Positions 1 to 14,100 of a stretch of 64,000 bases of DNA are shown one piece after another. Positions within the stretch are counted from its first letter, which is position 1, and every line of letters starts with the position of its first letter. The stretch is from a virus (taxonomy: Duplodnaviria; Caudoviricetes): positions 33,691-97,690 of the IMG/VR virus record IMGVR_UViG_3300021399_000127. The stretch is one strand, 5' to 3'. The position numbers were made by a program, and so were the translations under genes. Under the pieces are notes generated by a model. That model worked only from the letters and a program-made list of their open reading frames with translations. It did not search any database and was not told the origin of the DNA.

Positions 1-1302
1 CTCTACAAGGCTTACGATTTTGAGTCATCACTCGATTCGCTAGAATCAATGTAGGTCGTTAATTATGTACCGATGGAGTCTGTAATTAATCCATATCTAG
101 AATACGGATTGAATTACAGAAACACAGGATCTAAAAACATAATGACCGAGCCTGGGGAAATTGTAGGTGTTGCGATACAAGATAGACCAGCATACTCTTA
201 CAATGATGTGTATTCTTGTAACGACACAACATCGTTTATATATGAACCTGAAACTGTAGACTCAGACACTACTAAATTTCAAGCTAGAATTTTGTATTCC
301 GATGAACAACAAGCTGCCGATTTTATAAACGTAAAAGGTGTATTTAAACCATTAAACTACATAGACGCAGAAACTAAATATGGACCAATAACACACATGC
401 TTGCAATAAAAGACACATTGTACGTGTGGTAGACTGGTGCGTTTGCTAAATTGTCAATAAACGAGCGTTCATTAGTAAAAGATGAAAACAGCAATACAAT
501 ACAGTTGGGTCAAGGTGGTGTACTTCAAAGAATAGACTACTTGAGTTAGCACTACGGAATGAGAGAATACGATCACGCTGCCGTAGGTGTAGACGGATCA
601 GTGTATTGGCTAGACATGATCAACAATGTAGTTGCATACTTTAATGGCAACGCAGATGCGTTATCTACAAAATTGCAGGTTTAGAATTACATTAATGAAA
701 ACATAAATCATGACATACAAGTTCAGATATCGTACGACACGCAGTACAAAGAACTTCTTTGCAAGTGTCTAAACGACGGAAAGCAGCTTGTATTTAACTT
801 ATCTGGTCCATATGCTGTTGGGGTATTTACAAGAGAATATTACGCTACAATGTATTTAACGAGCGTACTGTATGGAATATGTGAAAACGAGTTTGTACAA
901 TATACTAACATAAAAGAATCTGAAAAGAATGTATTCTTGGCACCAACAATATTGCAGTTTGTTGTAAATGGCGTACCGACTACGACTAAAACGTTTGACA
1001 ATCAGCAAATAAATGTGTTGTAGAAGTCAACATATTTCGGTTTGGATTCGAACTTTATGGCAAATAAGACATTTGGGTTCGAGACAGACTTGCATAACAA
1101 TTTTGAAACAAAGATGATGCATGGTCAAAGAATAAGCGCTAGAGAAGGCAATATTCAATATGCGATACCTAGAGCAGACAATGAAGAATATGGAAATCGT
1201 ATGAGAGGAAAATGGATGAAAGTAACAATGACAGACAATAATCCAGAATATGATTATGCTATATCACACATCATAACTAAATTTAGACAATCGTTCTCAT
1301 GA
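1..1302 (+). CDS. Tail muzzle / tail stabilisation protein, 3' part (TAG=Gln; 5' truncated by window)
   Basis: Frame 1 is open from base 1 to TGA at 1300-1302 when TAG is read through (joins track ORFs 73..432 and 1042..1302). C-terminal RMRGKWMKVT motif and position before the cargo/RNAP genes match crAss-like phages. Confidence 0.75.
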
Positions 1303-3779
1303 AGAAGAATAAACTAAAAACATATAAGAAGATAAAAAATACCAGAAAATTCTCATTGGGTAAACCGATAATTAAATCTGGTTATGAATCAGCATAGGCT
1401 GTTGATACCACACCGTTAGCTATCAACGAAGGTTATCGAGGATACGGTCAAGAAGGGTCTTCGATAAGAGGCGGAATACTGCCATCTGTATTAGGAACTG
1501 CTGGAACAATAGGCACATCTATTTATAATTTGGCAGATAAGACAACATCTGCTGCACAAGCTGCTGCAACGAATATAGCTAATGCAGGATTTTCAGAAGC
1601 TGGTAATCTGACGTCTGCTGGTGTTAATGCATTAAATGGAGCTGCAGAATTAGGAAGTTCTGTTGCAGGATTAAGCACTGAAGCACAGTCTGCGTTATCT
1701 GGAGCAGCTGCTAAATCGTTGTCAAGCTCCGGAAAAAGTGTAGCAAAAGCAGGTCTATCAAAATTAGGTACAGCAATGGCTATAGCTCAGATGGCAAAAG
1801 GTACATTTGATATGGGTTCTACTTTGGCTGGTTATAGTGACAGACTTAGTGATAGTGAAATAAATTCAACGAGGACTGCTAGTACTAATATGCGAAATGG
1901 TGTTGCGTATCAAGAGATATCAGGACCAGATATAGCTGGAATAAATGCATATACAGATGCACAAAATAAAGCTAGTACGTGGGGTATGGTTTAGTCAGGA
2001 GCTGACATAGGTGCTGGAGTTGGATCTATAGTAGGATCCTCTTTTGGCCCAATTGGAACTGCGTTGGGTGGCCTTGCTGGTACTGTGTTAGGCGGTCTCA
2101 CAAACTGGGGTCTTGATGCAATATTCGGATTTGGACGTAAGCGCAAAAAAGCTATAGAAGATGCCAATAGAAGAGCAGCAATAGCAGCTCAATATACGAA
2201 TATGTAGAATGAAAGTAATGCTGCAACTCAAGGATTACGTAACCAATATAATGAAACACATAGAGCAGCTAAAGGAAAGAATCCTGGTGAGAAATGGTCA
2301 ACTGGTGATTATACTGGTATACAAACTCCATCTGGTCTTACCTATGGAGCTGTACAAGGGTTGGCTCAACCAGCAGAAGGTGAGATAGATATGTTGACAG
2401 GCGAGACACATTACAACGGGTCTCCGGATCCGAATGTAAAGGATAGTAAAAAGGATATTGTACCAGTTGGTTCAGCAACTGGTGGTGGTGATTATTTTGA
2501 TGAGTTTGTAGGTATTCCTGGTGGACCTTTCGCAGATGCAGCAAGACCTTATTTTAAGGCTAACGAACTGATTAAGATGTCATCGTAGAGCATCGATGAA
2601 GAACTACAAGCCAATGCTGATCATAAGCATAGAGATGAAGCTACAAAAAAGTACATATAGAACAGATTAGAGAAGAAACAACAGATGTTACAGCAACAAT
2701 ATCAGTAGAACTCATAGTACATACAGGATCTTGTAATGAGCTAGTCAGAACAGACTGCTGGCAGACATTATAGTTGTGGTAAAACACCTAGGTTTGAAAC
2801 AGGGTCTGTACCAAATGTTGCTGATGAGTTATATGAAGAACCACTGCCAGGATATCTAGAAGATTATCTTTTACTAAAAGGTTAGCATTTTAAGTTCACA
2901 AACCCGCTAGATCGCCCTTCAATACCAAAGGATGCTACTATACCAAACGGTCCTCTTGCGTTAAACATACGTACCACTAAGATTGGAGATACAGATGAAA
3001 CAAAAGATCCGTGGTACACAAAATTGTTAGGCAGAGGCGGTAATTCAGCACAACTTGGATTGCCAGCATGGGCAGGTCTTGCTCAGGGTCTCCCATATGC
3101 ACTACAGACGTAGATAGCAGCAAACAGACAACAACCTTATGCGGCTAATTCATATGTGTCAAATGCGAATCAAAGAGCAGCGTTAGATATACTTGGAAGG
3201 CTTGGGTACGACAATACACAAGATAAGATAGCTCTTCTTAATACGGCTAGATAGAACAGGTACAACATCTTGAATACTGGAGGTTTAAGTCAAGGACAGA
3301 AGGCTATGCTTATATAGAATGGTCTTAATCAGCTTGCGTTAGGTAGAACTGCGTTGAATCAAGATGCATATAATAAGAATGCTGCTTATAAACAAGCATA
3401 TGCTAGCGAAATGGCTAAGTATGGTGAAACTAGTGCTGCTAGAGCGCAGGAAGCTCTTTATAGACAACAAGAGGCATTTAGGCAAGCTGTTGGAGCTAAA
3501 CAAAAACTTCAGGAACAAGCTAGAAAGAACTGGTACACTATTGGAAGACAAGCTCTTGAGGATTATAACACTAGAGCTAATGCGGAAGCTATGCGTAATT
3601 TGTATGACCGTTAGGTTTCTACACAAGAAGCTGGAATAAAAGCAGAACGTGATAGAGACATAAAGCAAAACAGTACTAATCCTTATTCTTCGAATTACTT
3701 GAAGGCAAAAGCGTAGTACAATACGTTCATTAAGAATTATATACCGCTTACAGATTTATTTAAAACAATAATTAGGTGA
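1299..3779 (+). CDS. Virion cargo / DNA-ejection protein (826 aa, TAG=Gln)
   Basis: ATG overlaps the upstream TGA (ATGA). One frame joins track ORFs 1530, 2361 and 3354 through TAGs to TGA 3777-3779. Gly/Ala-rich hydrophobic segments; syntenic with the crAss-like cargo protein that follows the muzzle gene. Confidence 0.7.
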
Positions 3780-3780
3780 T

Positions 3781-5124
3781 ATGGTATTAGGATACGAACA
3801 ACCTGTTGATATACCTGTATAGAGTATATACAACACAGATATGATGAAAACTTACCTCGGCGCCCTACAAAGAGATTATGAGTAGGGTGTTAAGGAGTTT
3901 AATGATTTTAGAGATAAATACGGAGACTTTATAAGTCCTATTGATGGTGCTTCTGAAGAGTACTATAACACCGGTGTTGGAGCTGTAATGAACGTTTATA
4001 ACAACCTTCGTAATCAAGGAATAGATCCAATTCGTAGTGTAGAAGGTAGAGGTGCCTTAATGCGTGCTATAAACGGCGTTGATAGAGCTAAATTAGCTAG
4101 AATACGTCAATCAGCAGATGCAGCTACAAAATACTTAGATGCTGTACAAAAATCAAAAGCAGCTAATACATTTGATCCAGTGTTAGAGGGTATTGCACTG
4201 AGAGCAGCAGGATTTGATCCAGAAGGAAATCTTACAGACGAGTAGCTCGGTAACAATCCTCTTGCTGGATTCGATAACAGCAAACTGTGGACAAGAACTA
4301 GTCCGGAACAAAAATTAGATGTTGTAAATTACTTTAACGACAAGTTTAGTAAAGTTCCACTTAGAACCAAAGAGTTTATAGATAGCGACGGGTTTAAACG
4401 TCAACAGTAGTATAGAGACGATAAGGCAATAGATGCAGTTGTAGATAATGCATTCGATACAAACAATCCTTCTATGAAGTTGATTGTTAACGAAAAGTTG
4501 GCAGAAATGAGACAGTTGGATCCTACTGCAACATTTGATCAAGCAGAGACTGCTGTTAAGGATCAACTCAAAGAACTAGGAAAGACAAACAAACCTTCTG
4601 AACTTGATCCTGGATCAGAACTTAAGTATAAAGAATATCAGCAAACACGACGTGCACGTATCAGTGCTTCTGGTAGTAGAGGAAGTAAGAATAGCAACTT
4701 TACCATATTCGACAACGCGTATGCCAATTATAATGAGAACGTAGGTTACGGTTCAGCTACATATGATCCAGCATACAGAATGAAAGAGGGTATAGGTCTT
4801 AAAACAGGAATCAATGGAAACCCTATTATATAGGGGAAACAATCAGGATGGGTTATAGATAAAAAATATGCGAATCAGCTTTATGTTAGAGATCACTAGA
4901 ATGGTGGTATAGTTAGAATAGTGAGAGAATACGGAAACAATCCTAACGCCAAAGGCCGTAGTGGAAGAATGCTTAACCTGAAATCGTTAGGACGTGTTGA
5001 ATGCGTCATTGTAGATGGATAGCTGCAATACTTTGATGTGTGCGAACCGAAGAACTTTAAAGCACCAGGATCTGAAATTTTGGTTCCTATCGAGAAGCAA
5101 ATGTACTCGGGTACTGTAAAATAA
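3781..5124 (+). CDS. Putative second virion cargo protein (447 aa, TAG=Gln)
   Basis: ATG 1 nt after the previous stop; joins track ORFs 3988 and 4474; ends TAA 5122-5124. Function from synteny only. Confidence 0.65.
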
Positions 5125-5136
5125 TAAACACTGACC

Positions 5137-8100
5137 ATGGCAGGTAAAAATATACGTATACAAAAACCACAGGGATTTGAATAGGATGTGGTTAAACAGG
5201 ATGCGACCGCTGTGCGATTTACTCAAGCACAACGGATAAGAGAAAAACAAGCATCTGGAAATTTTAATCAAGCAGACGACGCAGTAGCTAAGAGTGAAGC
5301 GTAGTCTGCTAGATATTACAACGAAAGAGAAAGAAAACGTAGAGAGGCTGCAGAAAACGCTAGAAAGCAAAAACAAAGAGAGATAGAGTTATACGAAAAA
5401 GCAGCAAAACGAAGACGTGCAGCAGAAAAAAGATTCTGGGAAGACAATTCTGCCGAAGAGGAGCAGAAGCGTCGACAGAAAGAAATGGACGAAGTTTCTG
5501 ACTATCTTGACTGGCTTGAGGAGCCTGAGCGCGAAAAGAAAGAAAAGGAGATAGAAGTCGAAAAAGAAGCATAGTTCATAAAGTGGAAAAATGACACTTT
5601 TGGAAAAATAGGAAGTACTGTAATAGGAGCTACACCTCTTGGATATTACAATCTTCGATCCATGTATTGGCTTAAAAACATGTTTGGAAGTGCCACAAAA
5701 AGCGGAACGGACACTCATATGGCAGCATTGTCAGACGATTTGTCGGAATTAGAGCTGGACAAAGAAGCGTTAGCATCTCATAAAAGAAGGACAGAGCTCA
5801 TACAAACCAAGAATGATCTTTAGTCTCAGTATGATGATCTTCTTCGTACTGTAAACTATAAAAAGAATGCTGGTACTAGCGCATCTTAGCAGGAGATGTA
5901 GAATCTTGAGGATCTTGGATCGCAGATAAACAACCTGCAAGCGCAAATAGACGATGAATAGCTTACTTATTTTGACAACCGGTATAAATCGTCATTTGTA
6001 GATAGGGCTGAGAAAAGCAATGGATGGTGGAGTTGGACTAAAAAGACAGCTGAGAATATAAGAGACGCTATCTTCGATGCAGCAGCTTCTATCACAGTAC
6101 TCGGTGGAGATCAAGACAGAGAACAAGCAAAAAGGGTTTAGTAGCGTAGAGCAGCAAAAAATGCTGAAAAATACGATCAAAACAGAGATTAGTATTTGTA
6201 GTCTTTAGGATTGGATACACTAAGCCCGACGTTGCTGTACCCTGGAGTCGATGCTATGGATCACAACGAGAAATTAGCTGAAAAATGGTATAGTGATCAA
6301 ATCGACACAGAAAGTAAGAAGGTTAGAGAACAGAGAATCAACACCGCTAGTCTGCAGGAAGATTTTAACAAGTGGGCACACGTTGACGATTGGTATAAAA
6401 AAGGAGAAGAGCTACATCAGAATGACAAATTATGGAGTCCTGGTTATTGGCAGTACTGCATGGCTGGAATGATAGGATCGTCAAACAGCTCGCCGTCTCA
6501 GATGATAGGGAACGCTATACAAACCGTCGGCATGCTTACAGGCCCAGAAGGAATGCTGCTTGCTGGTGCAGTATCAACTCCGTTTGATATAGCGGGAGGA
6601 TTAGAAGAAAATAAAACAGAAGCGACTGAAAAGCGTACATAGAACTTTAAAGATTCTATGGAACAGTGGGATCCTGAATTTAGGCAAGCCGTGATTGACG
6701 ATATGAGAAATCAAGCGTCTAAGTATTGGAAAAGATAGGGCATGTCTGACAAATGGATAAAGGAAAGATACTAGAGCGACGATAACTTAATACAAGATGC
6801 GTTTTCTGGCGTAGCAGATGGTGCGTTGAATGCACCTCTTGTTCGTCAGGCGCTGCTAGATTCACAACGTGGTTTACAAGCGTTAAAAGACGCAGATAAC
6901 ATTAGAACGTTGTGGGAAACTGGTAGAGAGAAAGCACTCCAATATGCACCACTAGGGTGGATGATGAAGAAAGGTGCCCGTGTGCTCAAAAGAGTTGGAG
7001 GTAAAGCTGGATCTTCTTTTATAAACAACGAAGGCAGACTGACTGTTTCATTTTAGAACAGTGCTAGTGTCGCAGAACGTACTGGACAGAAATACTCAAA
7101 CGGACTAATGTCGTCTATGAAAAAAGGTTATTCTGTTGCCCACGAGGCTGCAGAAACTGCTGGATTAGGAGGTCCTGCTGCAATAGCGTCTGGAATTATT
7201 GGTGCATCTGCAAACGGTGCTAGAAAGCTTGTGACAAATATGTCTCCTAGATTGGCTGAATGGAGCGACGATGTTGCAAAGACCCTTTCGTTTAAGTACC
7301 AAAAGGTGATAGACGTCATGGAAAAGAGCGGGCCTACGAGATTCTTACGGAGGTATGGTTTACCATACATGAAGTATGATCTTGCGCAAAGGTTTGCAGA
7401 AATGGGAGAAGAAGAAGGTCAATATATAAATTCCACAAAAGACTTTTCTACAAAGTACGGATATGACGGAATGACTTTCTTTGAGGGTATTGCAAACGAT
7501 ATGGAAACAGGATCGAGAATAGCAGAAGCATATCTTGCATTATTAGGAATAGGTCACAGTGAATTGTTAAACGATGAGGAATATTGGAAAAATGCGCAAG
7601 GTGGATTTGCATTAGGTGCATCTAATCCTGGATTCTCGCAAATAGTTACAGGATACAATGCCGTAATGGGTGCGAAGAACACATGGTCAGCATATGATGC
7701 AATACAACAATATTCTGCTATAAATCGAGAGGGAGACAGACTTATTCGTAGGTCTAATGAGTAGCTGGCAAACATAATAGTTAATGGTGATCCGAGGTCT
7801 GTAGTGAATGCTTTAGAGAAACAAAAGACGGAGGATTCACGTAGAGAGAATTCTAATTATAGGCAAGAAGACTATGATTACACAATCGAGTCAGCATAGA
7901 CGATTGCAGCACTGCATAAAAATAAAAAAGTACGATCGAGATTAGAAAAGATCGGAATAAAACCTGGCACAAAAGAGTATAATGTAGCCATGGCGGATCT
8001 TGCAAACCTTAGTATGCAAGATCGAGAAAATGATGCCGAAAGACAAGAATTGAATGCGGCATTAGCAGAAGCATATTAGAACAAAGAGTTTATAGAGAAC

Positions 8101-11100
8101 GTTGACAAGCTGTTTAAAGAAGCTTAGGATGCTCCTGATAATGTTGCAGAAAGAGCTAGAGCAATTGCGCAGCTTAGAAAGAACATAGAAGAGAATGAGA
8201 CTAAGATTGCAAAAGAAAACGGTATAGATACGAATTCTAAAGAATTTAAAGACGCACTATAGGAAAAGCAAAAGGCAATTGAAGAAAAGTTTGTAGAACA
8301 GTCAAATGCTAATTCTCGTGAAAATATAATACAGACGATTAAAGCTGTTAGTACAGGAAAGGCTTTGCTTAGAGCAAAAGCTGAGCACAATACTGCAAAC
8401 GATCTATTTGATTTTATCAAAAATAAAACTGGTGTTCAAACAAAAAGGCCTGACGCAAAATACGTAATTGGCGTTATTGACACACAGTTAAAACAGTTAA
8501 AGCAGAATATAAAAACAATAGATCCTGAATTCGACACAAAGATGTCGGATAGCGATTTCTTACAATATCTCGAAAGCATTGATATTCCACAGCTGAACAC
8601 TGATGGATTAGCAGATTTGGAATTAGCTAACGTGATGTTAACTGCAGACAAAGCAATTACGTCTAATTATTTGCAACAGTTCTATGGTATACAAAACCCA
8701 TAGGTAGACGAAAAAACAGGAAAGATTAAAGAATCAGAAGTAGTAAATGATTCTAAATATTCTAGGCGAATAAAAGCCATAATGGAAGCTGACAACACGA
8801 ATGATAAGATAAACTGGCTTGTCGCAGACGTGTTAACGGGAGATGCTGTTACAAAACTTACAGACGAAATAAACAAAGAAGAACGTGAGTTGTTCAAGCA
8901 ATCTAAAATAAAACAGGAAGAGATTGCTAAACAAAAAAATTAGGATGTTAAAAGTGGTACTGCAGGAAAACCTGTACCAGAAGATACTCCTGATATAAAA
9001 ACAGCAGATATAGAGAGCAAACCCACTCTGAAGCAAAAGCTTGACAAAAACAAAGAAACGTATAGAAAGAGAAAAGAAAAGGCTAAGTAGCAATGGAGAA
9101 AACGTCGTAACTCAAGCAGGGGAAAAGTACGTGCTTCTTTACTCGGACCACTTTAGGTTATTGTAGATATAGCTACAGATATAAGTTATCTTGCTGCCGT
9201 TGGAGCGTATAAGTTCTCTCAATTTGTAGATGATGTTGTAGACATATACGGACAACCAATAACCAGCGAGGACATGGGTTATGCTAAACAATAGTACATG
9301 AAGGCGCTAATTGCTGCAAGATTAAAAAATCCAGAGATCCTCGACAACTTAAGTACACTCGATGAAATACGTGACTACGGAGTAGTTGATAAAACACCAT
9401 ACATTACTCCAGGCTTAATAAAACTGGATCAGGAAATCGTGTTGCGAATGCAATTGTCAAATATGATGCAAAACAAGGACACTAAGTTATCTACATATTA
9501 TGACACAATAGCAACCGTAGACGGGGTAACCAGAGTGTATACAAACGATGCCGAGTACCAACTACAAATAGACGAGAGTTACAAGAGAGAGGCGAAAGAT
9601 ATAGCTTGTGAGTTTAAGAATGCTACAAACAACGAATCTGCGTTTTTGACTGTTTTATCAAAATACAATCTTGACAAAAAGTATTTAAAGTACCGAACAG
9701 TCGATGGTATTTCTGAAATGTTGGGTAGAACAGTTGTCACAAAAGGAATAGAGTTGAATCCTGATATAATGTTTGCAAGTGATATTAGACAATTAGCTAT
9801 TGCTGTATTCACATAGGATTATGACACTATAGACAAACTTGTAGACGCATACAAACCATCTGGTAGAAATTTAACGCCTGCTGTTGACGAGCTTCAAAAA
9901 TTGTACGAAGCTATAAATGATGCTGGAATGAATCCAGTATGCACAAACAGCAACATATATGGTATAAATAAGGACGGAAAAGCCGTCTCTTCGCAGCTCG
10001 ATTTGATTATTGTAGATTCTGCAGGGTATCTACACGTTATAGATGTATTGCAATCGTACAGAGATGTACAACAGAGGTGGAATCAACCGCCTGGAATGCC
10101 AGCCAGATATACAATTAGTCAAAGAGAAAAAGCTATGATGACTCAATTGACTAGTATTCTTGAGACATTATAGTTTATAAATATAGCAGATGTCAGTTGC
10201 TTACCGATAGTAGGAAATGCTGAGCCACATGTAGAGAAACGTATTCCTGTATACGATTCTCCAGAAACAGAGGTTTCTCAAGATACAACAGATCTCGTAT
10301 CTAAGATAAACGACGCAATAGACGATTACAATCAGTTAAAAGACGTCTGTGCTATCTATGATATTAGTTTTGTACCAATGTAGCACATTGCTGCAACAAC
10401 ACACGATACAAAAGCCGAACAAGAATCTTATATCACCAGCCTTTAGAGAAAACTCGATGAGATAAATACAACAAAGTTGTACGTGTTGAAAAATATAGAC
10501 GACACTGCAGAATCATATAACAAGTATGTGGAGCAGGTTGTTAATGATGGTGGAATACTGTTACCACAAAATGTTGAAGATAAAGTCTCTGTTTTAATAG
10601 ACTGTTGTCGTGAACTAGATGCAAAAATGGATGAGGTAGCCAACCTTACTCCAGACGATCAAGTATCCAAAACTGTATACGACCAGTTCTTGGTATGCGT
10701 ATAGGAAGCACAATATGCGTTAAATGATGTATTGATGGATCCAGACGCAAATAAAGCGTCTATTAGATCTGAACAAGAACTTATAGCAGCAGCACTTGAA
10801 AAACTAGCTACAAATAAAGAATATTTCGGACCATCTGCTGTAAACATAATTAGATGGTGGCTACACAAGTTTGATCCAGTAACACAAAATAACACTGCGT
10901 ACAAGAGTAACAGTGCTGCAGCAGGAATTACTGTTCAACAATACATCGATGTTATACAATCATGGCTTGAGACGTTACGAACACACATAAGACAAGACCT
11001 AGATGGTGATGTAAAACTATAGCAATGGTATTCTACTCTCTTAAATAATCATTTCACAGAACTCATTTAGAATGCAGAAGCATTCTTGAATGATACAGAG

Positions 11101-14100
11101 ATGGTGCCAGTCGACTTTAAAAATGAACTACAAGACTTAATAGTTCGAGCAAAAGGCGCCATATATTACTTTAATGATAGATACAAGGTTTAGCAGAACA
11201 CTGAAGTTTTAGGTGAACCTTAGAGCGAAGATGATGCCATTAACAGAATGGCGATACAGTGGATAAGTAAGTACGGGCAATCTGTAGCTTATTCTCCAGC
11301 TTTTGATAAGATGGTTGGTGGAGCTCAAATGGAGTAGAAGTACAGAAACTGGGCTATGATTTATCAAGAGATATCATAGAAACCAGACTTCTTAGAAAAA
11401 GCTATATTTAGCTTCTCTATATCAAAAGATAGCGACGATATAAAATTGTTTATAAAATACAATGATAAGAGTTGTTATCTTCCGTTTATCACAGATATCT
11501 CATCATATCCTGCCGGATCACTGTCACAAGAAGACATACAGTTAATAGAAACATCCAACAAGGCGAAACGTGACTTCTTTATTCCTAAAATGAAGAAGAT
11601 GATTCAATATGTCCAATCTCATCGTGGATGGAGGATTGAGTTTGGAAAATCATTGAATAAAGGTGAGATAATCTACGATACGGATCCAAATGCTCCGTTA
11701 CACAATGTACAAGAGTTTTTGTTTACAGGTGCTAACAGTAAGGATTTGTATACGGTACGCATGTCTGCAGAGGATGAAATAGGAATCCTCATCAAGCGTA
11801 ACCCAGGACAAGCTAATGAGACAGAAAAAGTGTACTGTGGAAAACAGCTTAACACTCCCATTCAGTCTTTCGATATGGATAGCAGAAAAGCTAAGTTATA
11901 TAGGTTTCATGCCGGAGCTCTGTTGTTTAACTTTGATACAGGAAATGGTGATAAGATTCCTGTACTACTAGACAGGGCTACCATAGGAGACAACATGGCA
12001 GAAAAGCTAGTCGACCTTATTTATCAAAAAATGCAGGGCCAGACGTATGCTGACGGATATGGTATAGACGACCTGTTGTCTATGGTTTTATACTTAGATA
12101 ATCCAAACAAGCGTGCATCACAGTATTCAAATACTAAAAACAAAATACGAATCGATGTAGCTAGTAAGTCTGTTATAATAGGATCTGAAGCTGGAATTCC
12201 TATCACCGATAGACAAAAGCTTGCACAGAGACTTTCATCCATGCAAATTGTAGTAGATGCAGAAATGTTGAATGAGAACATGCAGTCTACTACACACAGT
12301 GTAATCTCTTCTGCGAAACAGTATCTGAGATTCTAGGATAAAGTTGAACTTCCGAATGGTATTGTTATAAACAAAGATGATATAATACATTAGAACAGTG
12401 ATGGTTCTTATGGGTCTACATGGTTCGGATTCCTATTACGAAACAACCTTATTGGAACTAATGCTAAAAAAACTGGAGGAAAACAACTTAATATAATAGA
12501 CCCAAAGCTGGTTAAGGAAGGTAAGAGTAAAGCAGAGTAGGATGTGGAAGATGCAGAACGACAGAAACAAGCGACTGGTCGACTACAGGCCAATGCTGCA
12601 GATTTCTGGCAAAAATTAAGTCGCGGACCATCATTGCATATGGATGTCACCGATTACGAATCGATTTCAAGAACAGATGCTGAGATTAGTTAGTTCAAAA
12701 CAGATGCTGAAAAATATTTCGATCTTGTATTTGGGTCACATGACGACTTGTAGATGGATGATAAAGTGTACCCAGGCCTTGTTCCAGGAACTGTGGCTAC
12801 GGCATACTGCACATCTCAGTATGTATATCTGGCAACGTGCGCTCCAGAATCTGCGAAGTTCCATGAGGCATTCCACAAACTAATGGAACTTGTTTTACCG
12901 AACAGTCAAAGAGAATACTTTTATAAGATATACCGAGAGAAGTACGGCAAGAAAGTAGATCTTAGTGATGACAGAGATGTAGCAGAAGGTCTTACTGAAA
13001 TGTTCGTAGATTATATTGAACATGATCTTAAAGTAAAGAGATCTAAAGGGTTTGGAAAATTATACGCATGGTTTAAAAACATGTGGTTTAATGCTGGATT
13101 AACTATGAAGCTTGGTAGGCGTAACGCGAACGCATTCTATAAACTGTATCAAGACATGAATGCCGGAAAGTACGCAAACAAGCAGGTTGCTAAAGAAAAC
13201 ATAGAACGTTTCGATAGTGTGTTTGGAACAGAAGAGGGCTCTAAGCTTTTCTATACCGTAGAAGATCCAAAATTAAAAGGTTCGTCTTAGGATTTCAGAG
13301 AATTGACCGGAAAAGCTGATCTGAATGATCTGGTAGAGGCTCTTGGCGTGATATATATAAACTCTGTTGGAATATCTACATCAAACATTTTATTTGCTTA
13401 GGAGGTTCTTGAAACAGCTAAAATAGACGATAGAACAGCTCAGCGAATGCTTGACTATCTAAACAATAAAGTTAAGTTAGACGGAAAGACACTTGAAGAG
13501 TTATATCCTAAGATAGCAGAAGTATTTGAGCCTGAGTATGTAGACACTGATGAAAAAGACAAGGACGGCAATCCTATAAAAAAGGCTACTTATCCTAAGT
13601 TTAGGGTGTTGCAGTCTAGATTGTCAGAATACATATCTGAAACTCTTGGAGCTGATTATCATGGAAAGTTTAAGAATGACGAAGACGACGAGGATGAAGC
13701 TGTGCAAAAACAAAATATCGATAAGTTTGACAGAGCCTCATACGAATTCAGTAAACTGGATAGTGCATCTCAACGTGTTAAGCTATTCCTGTCTACAATA
13801 ACAAGAAAACTACCAAACGGTTTATATGACCACTCTAAGAATAGAACAGGATATGAAACATTTATACCAGCTAATGAGGTGTTCTCGAGGCTTGTGCATG
13901 ATTTTGGTGAGGTTCGATCGTTAGACGAGCTACTTCGAATGATGGAGTAGGCTCAGAACAAGAGTCCTATGCATAAAGATGTCTATGAAAAGTTTAAAAA
14001 AGCAATAGAAGACATGTACACGTTTGATGACAATGATAAACTTGTTGTGGATTATGACAAAGAGCAATTCGCAATTCAGTTCTACACGTGTATAAAATCA

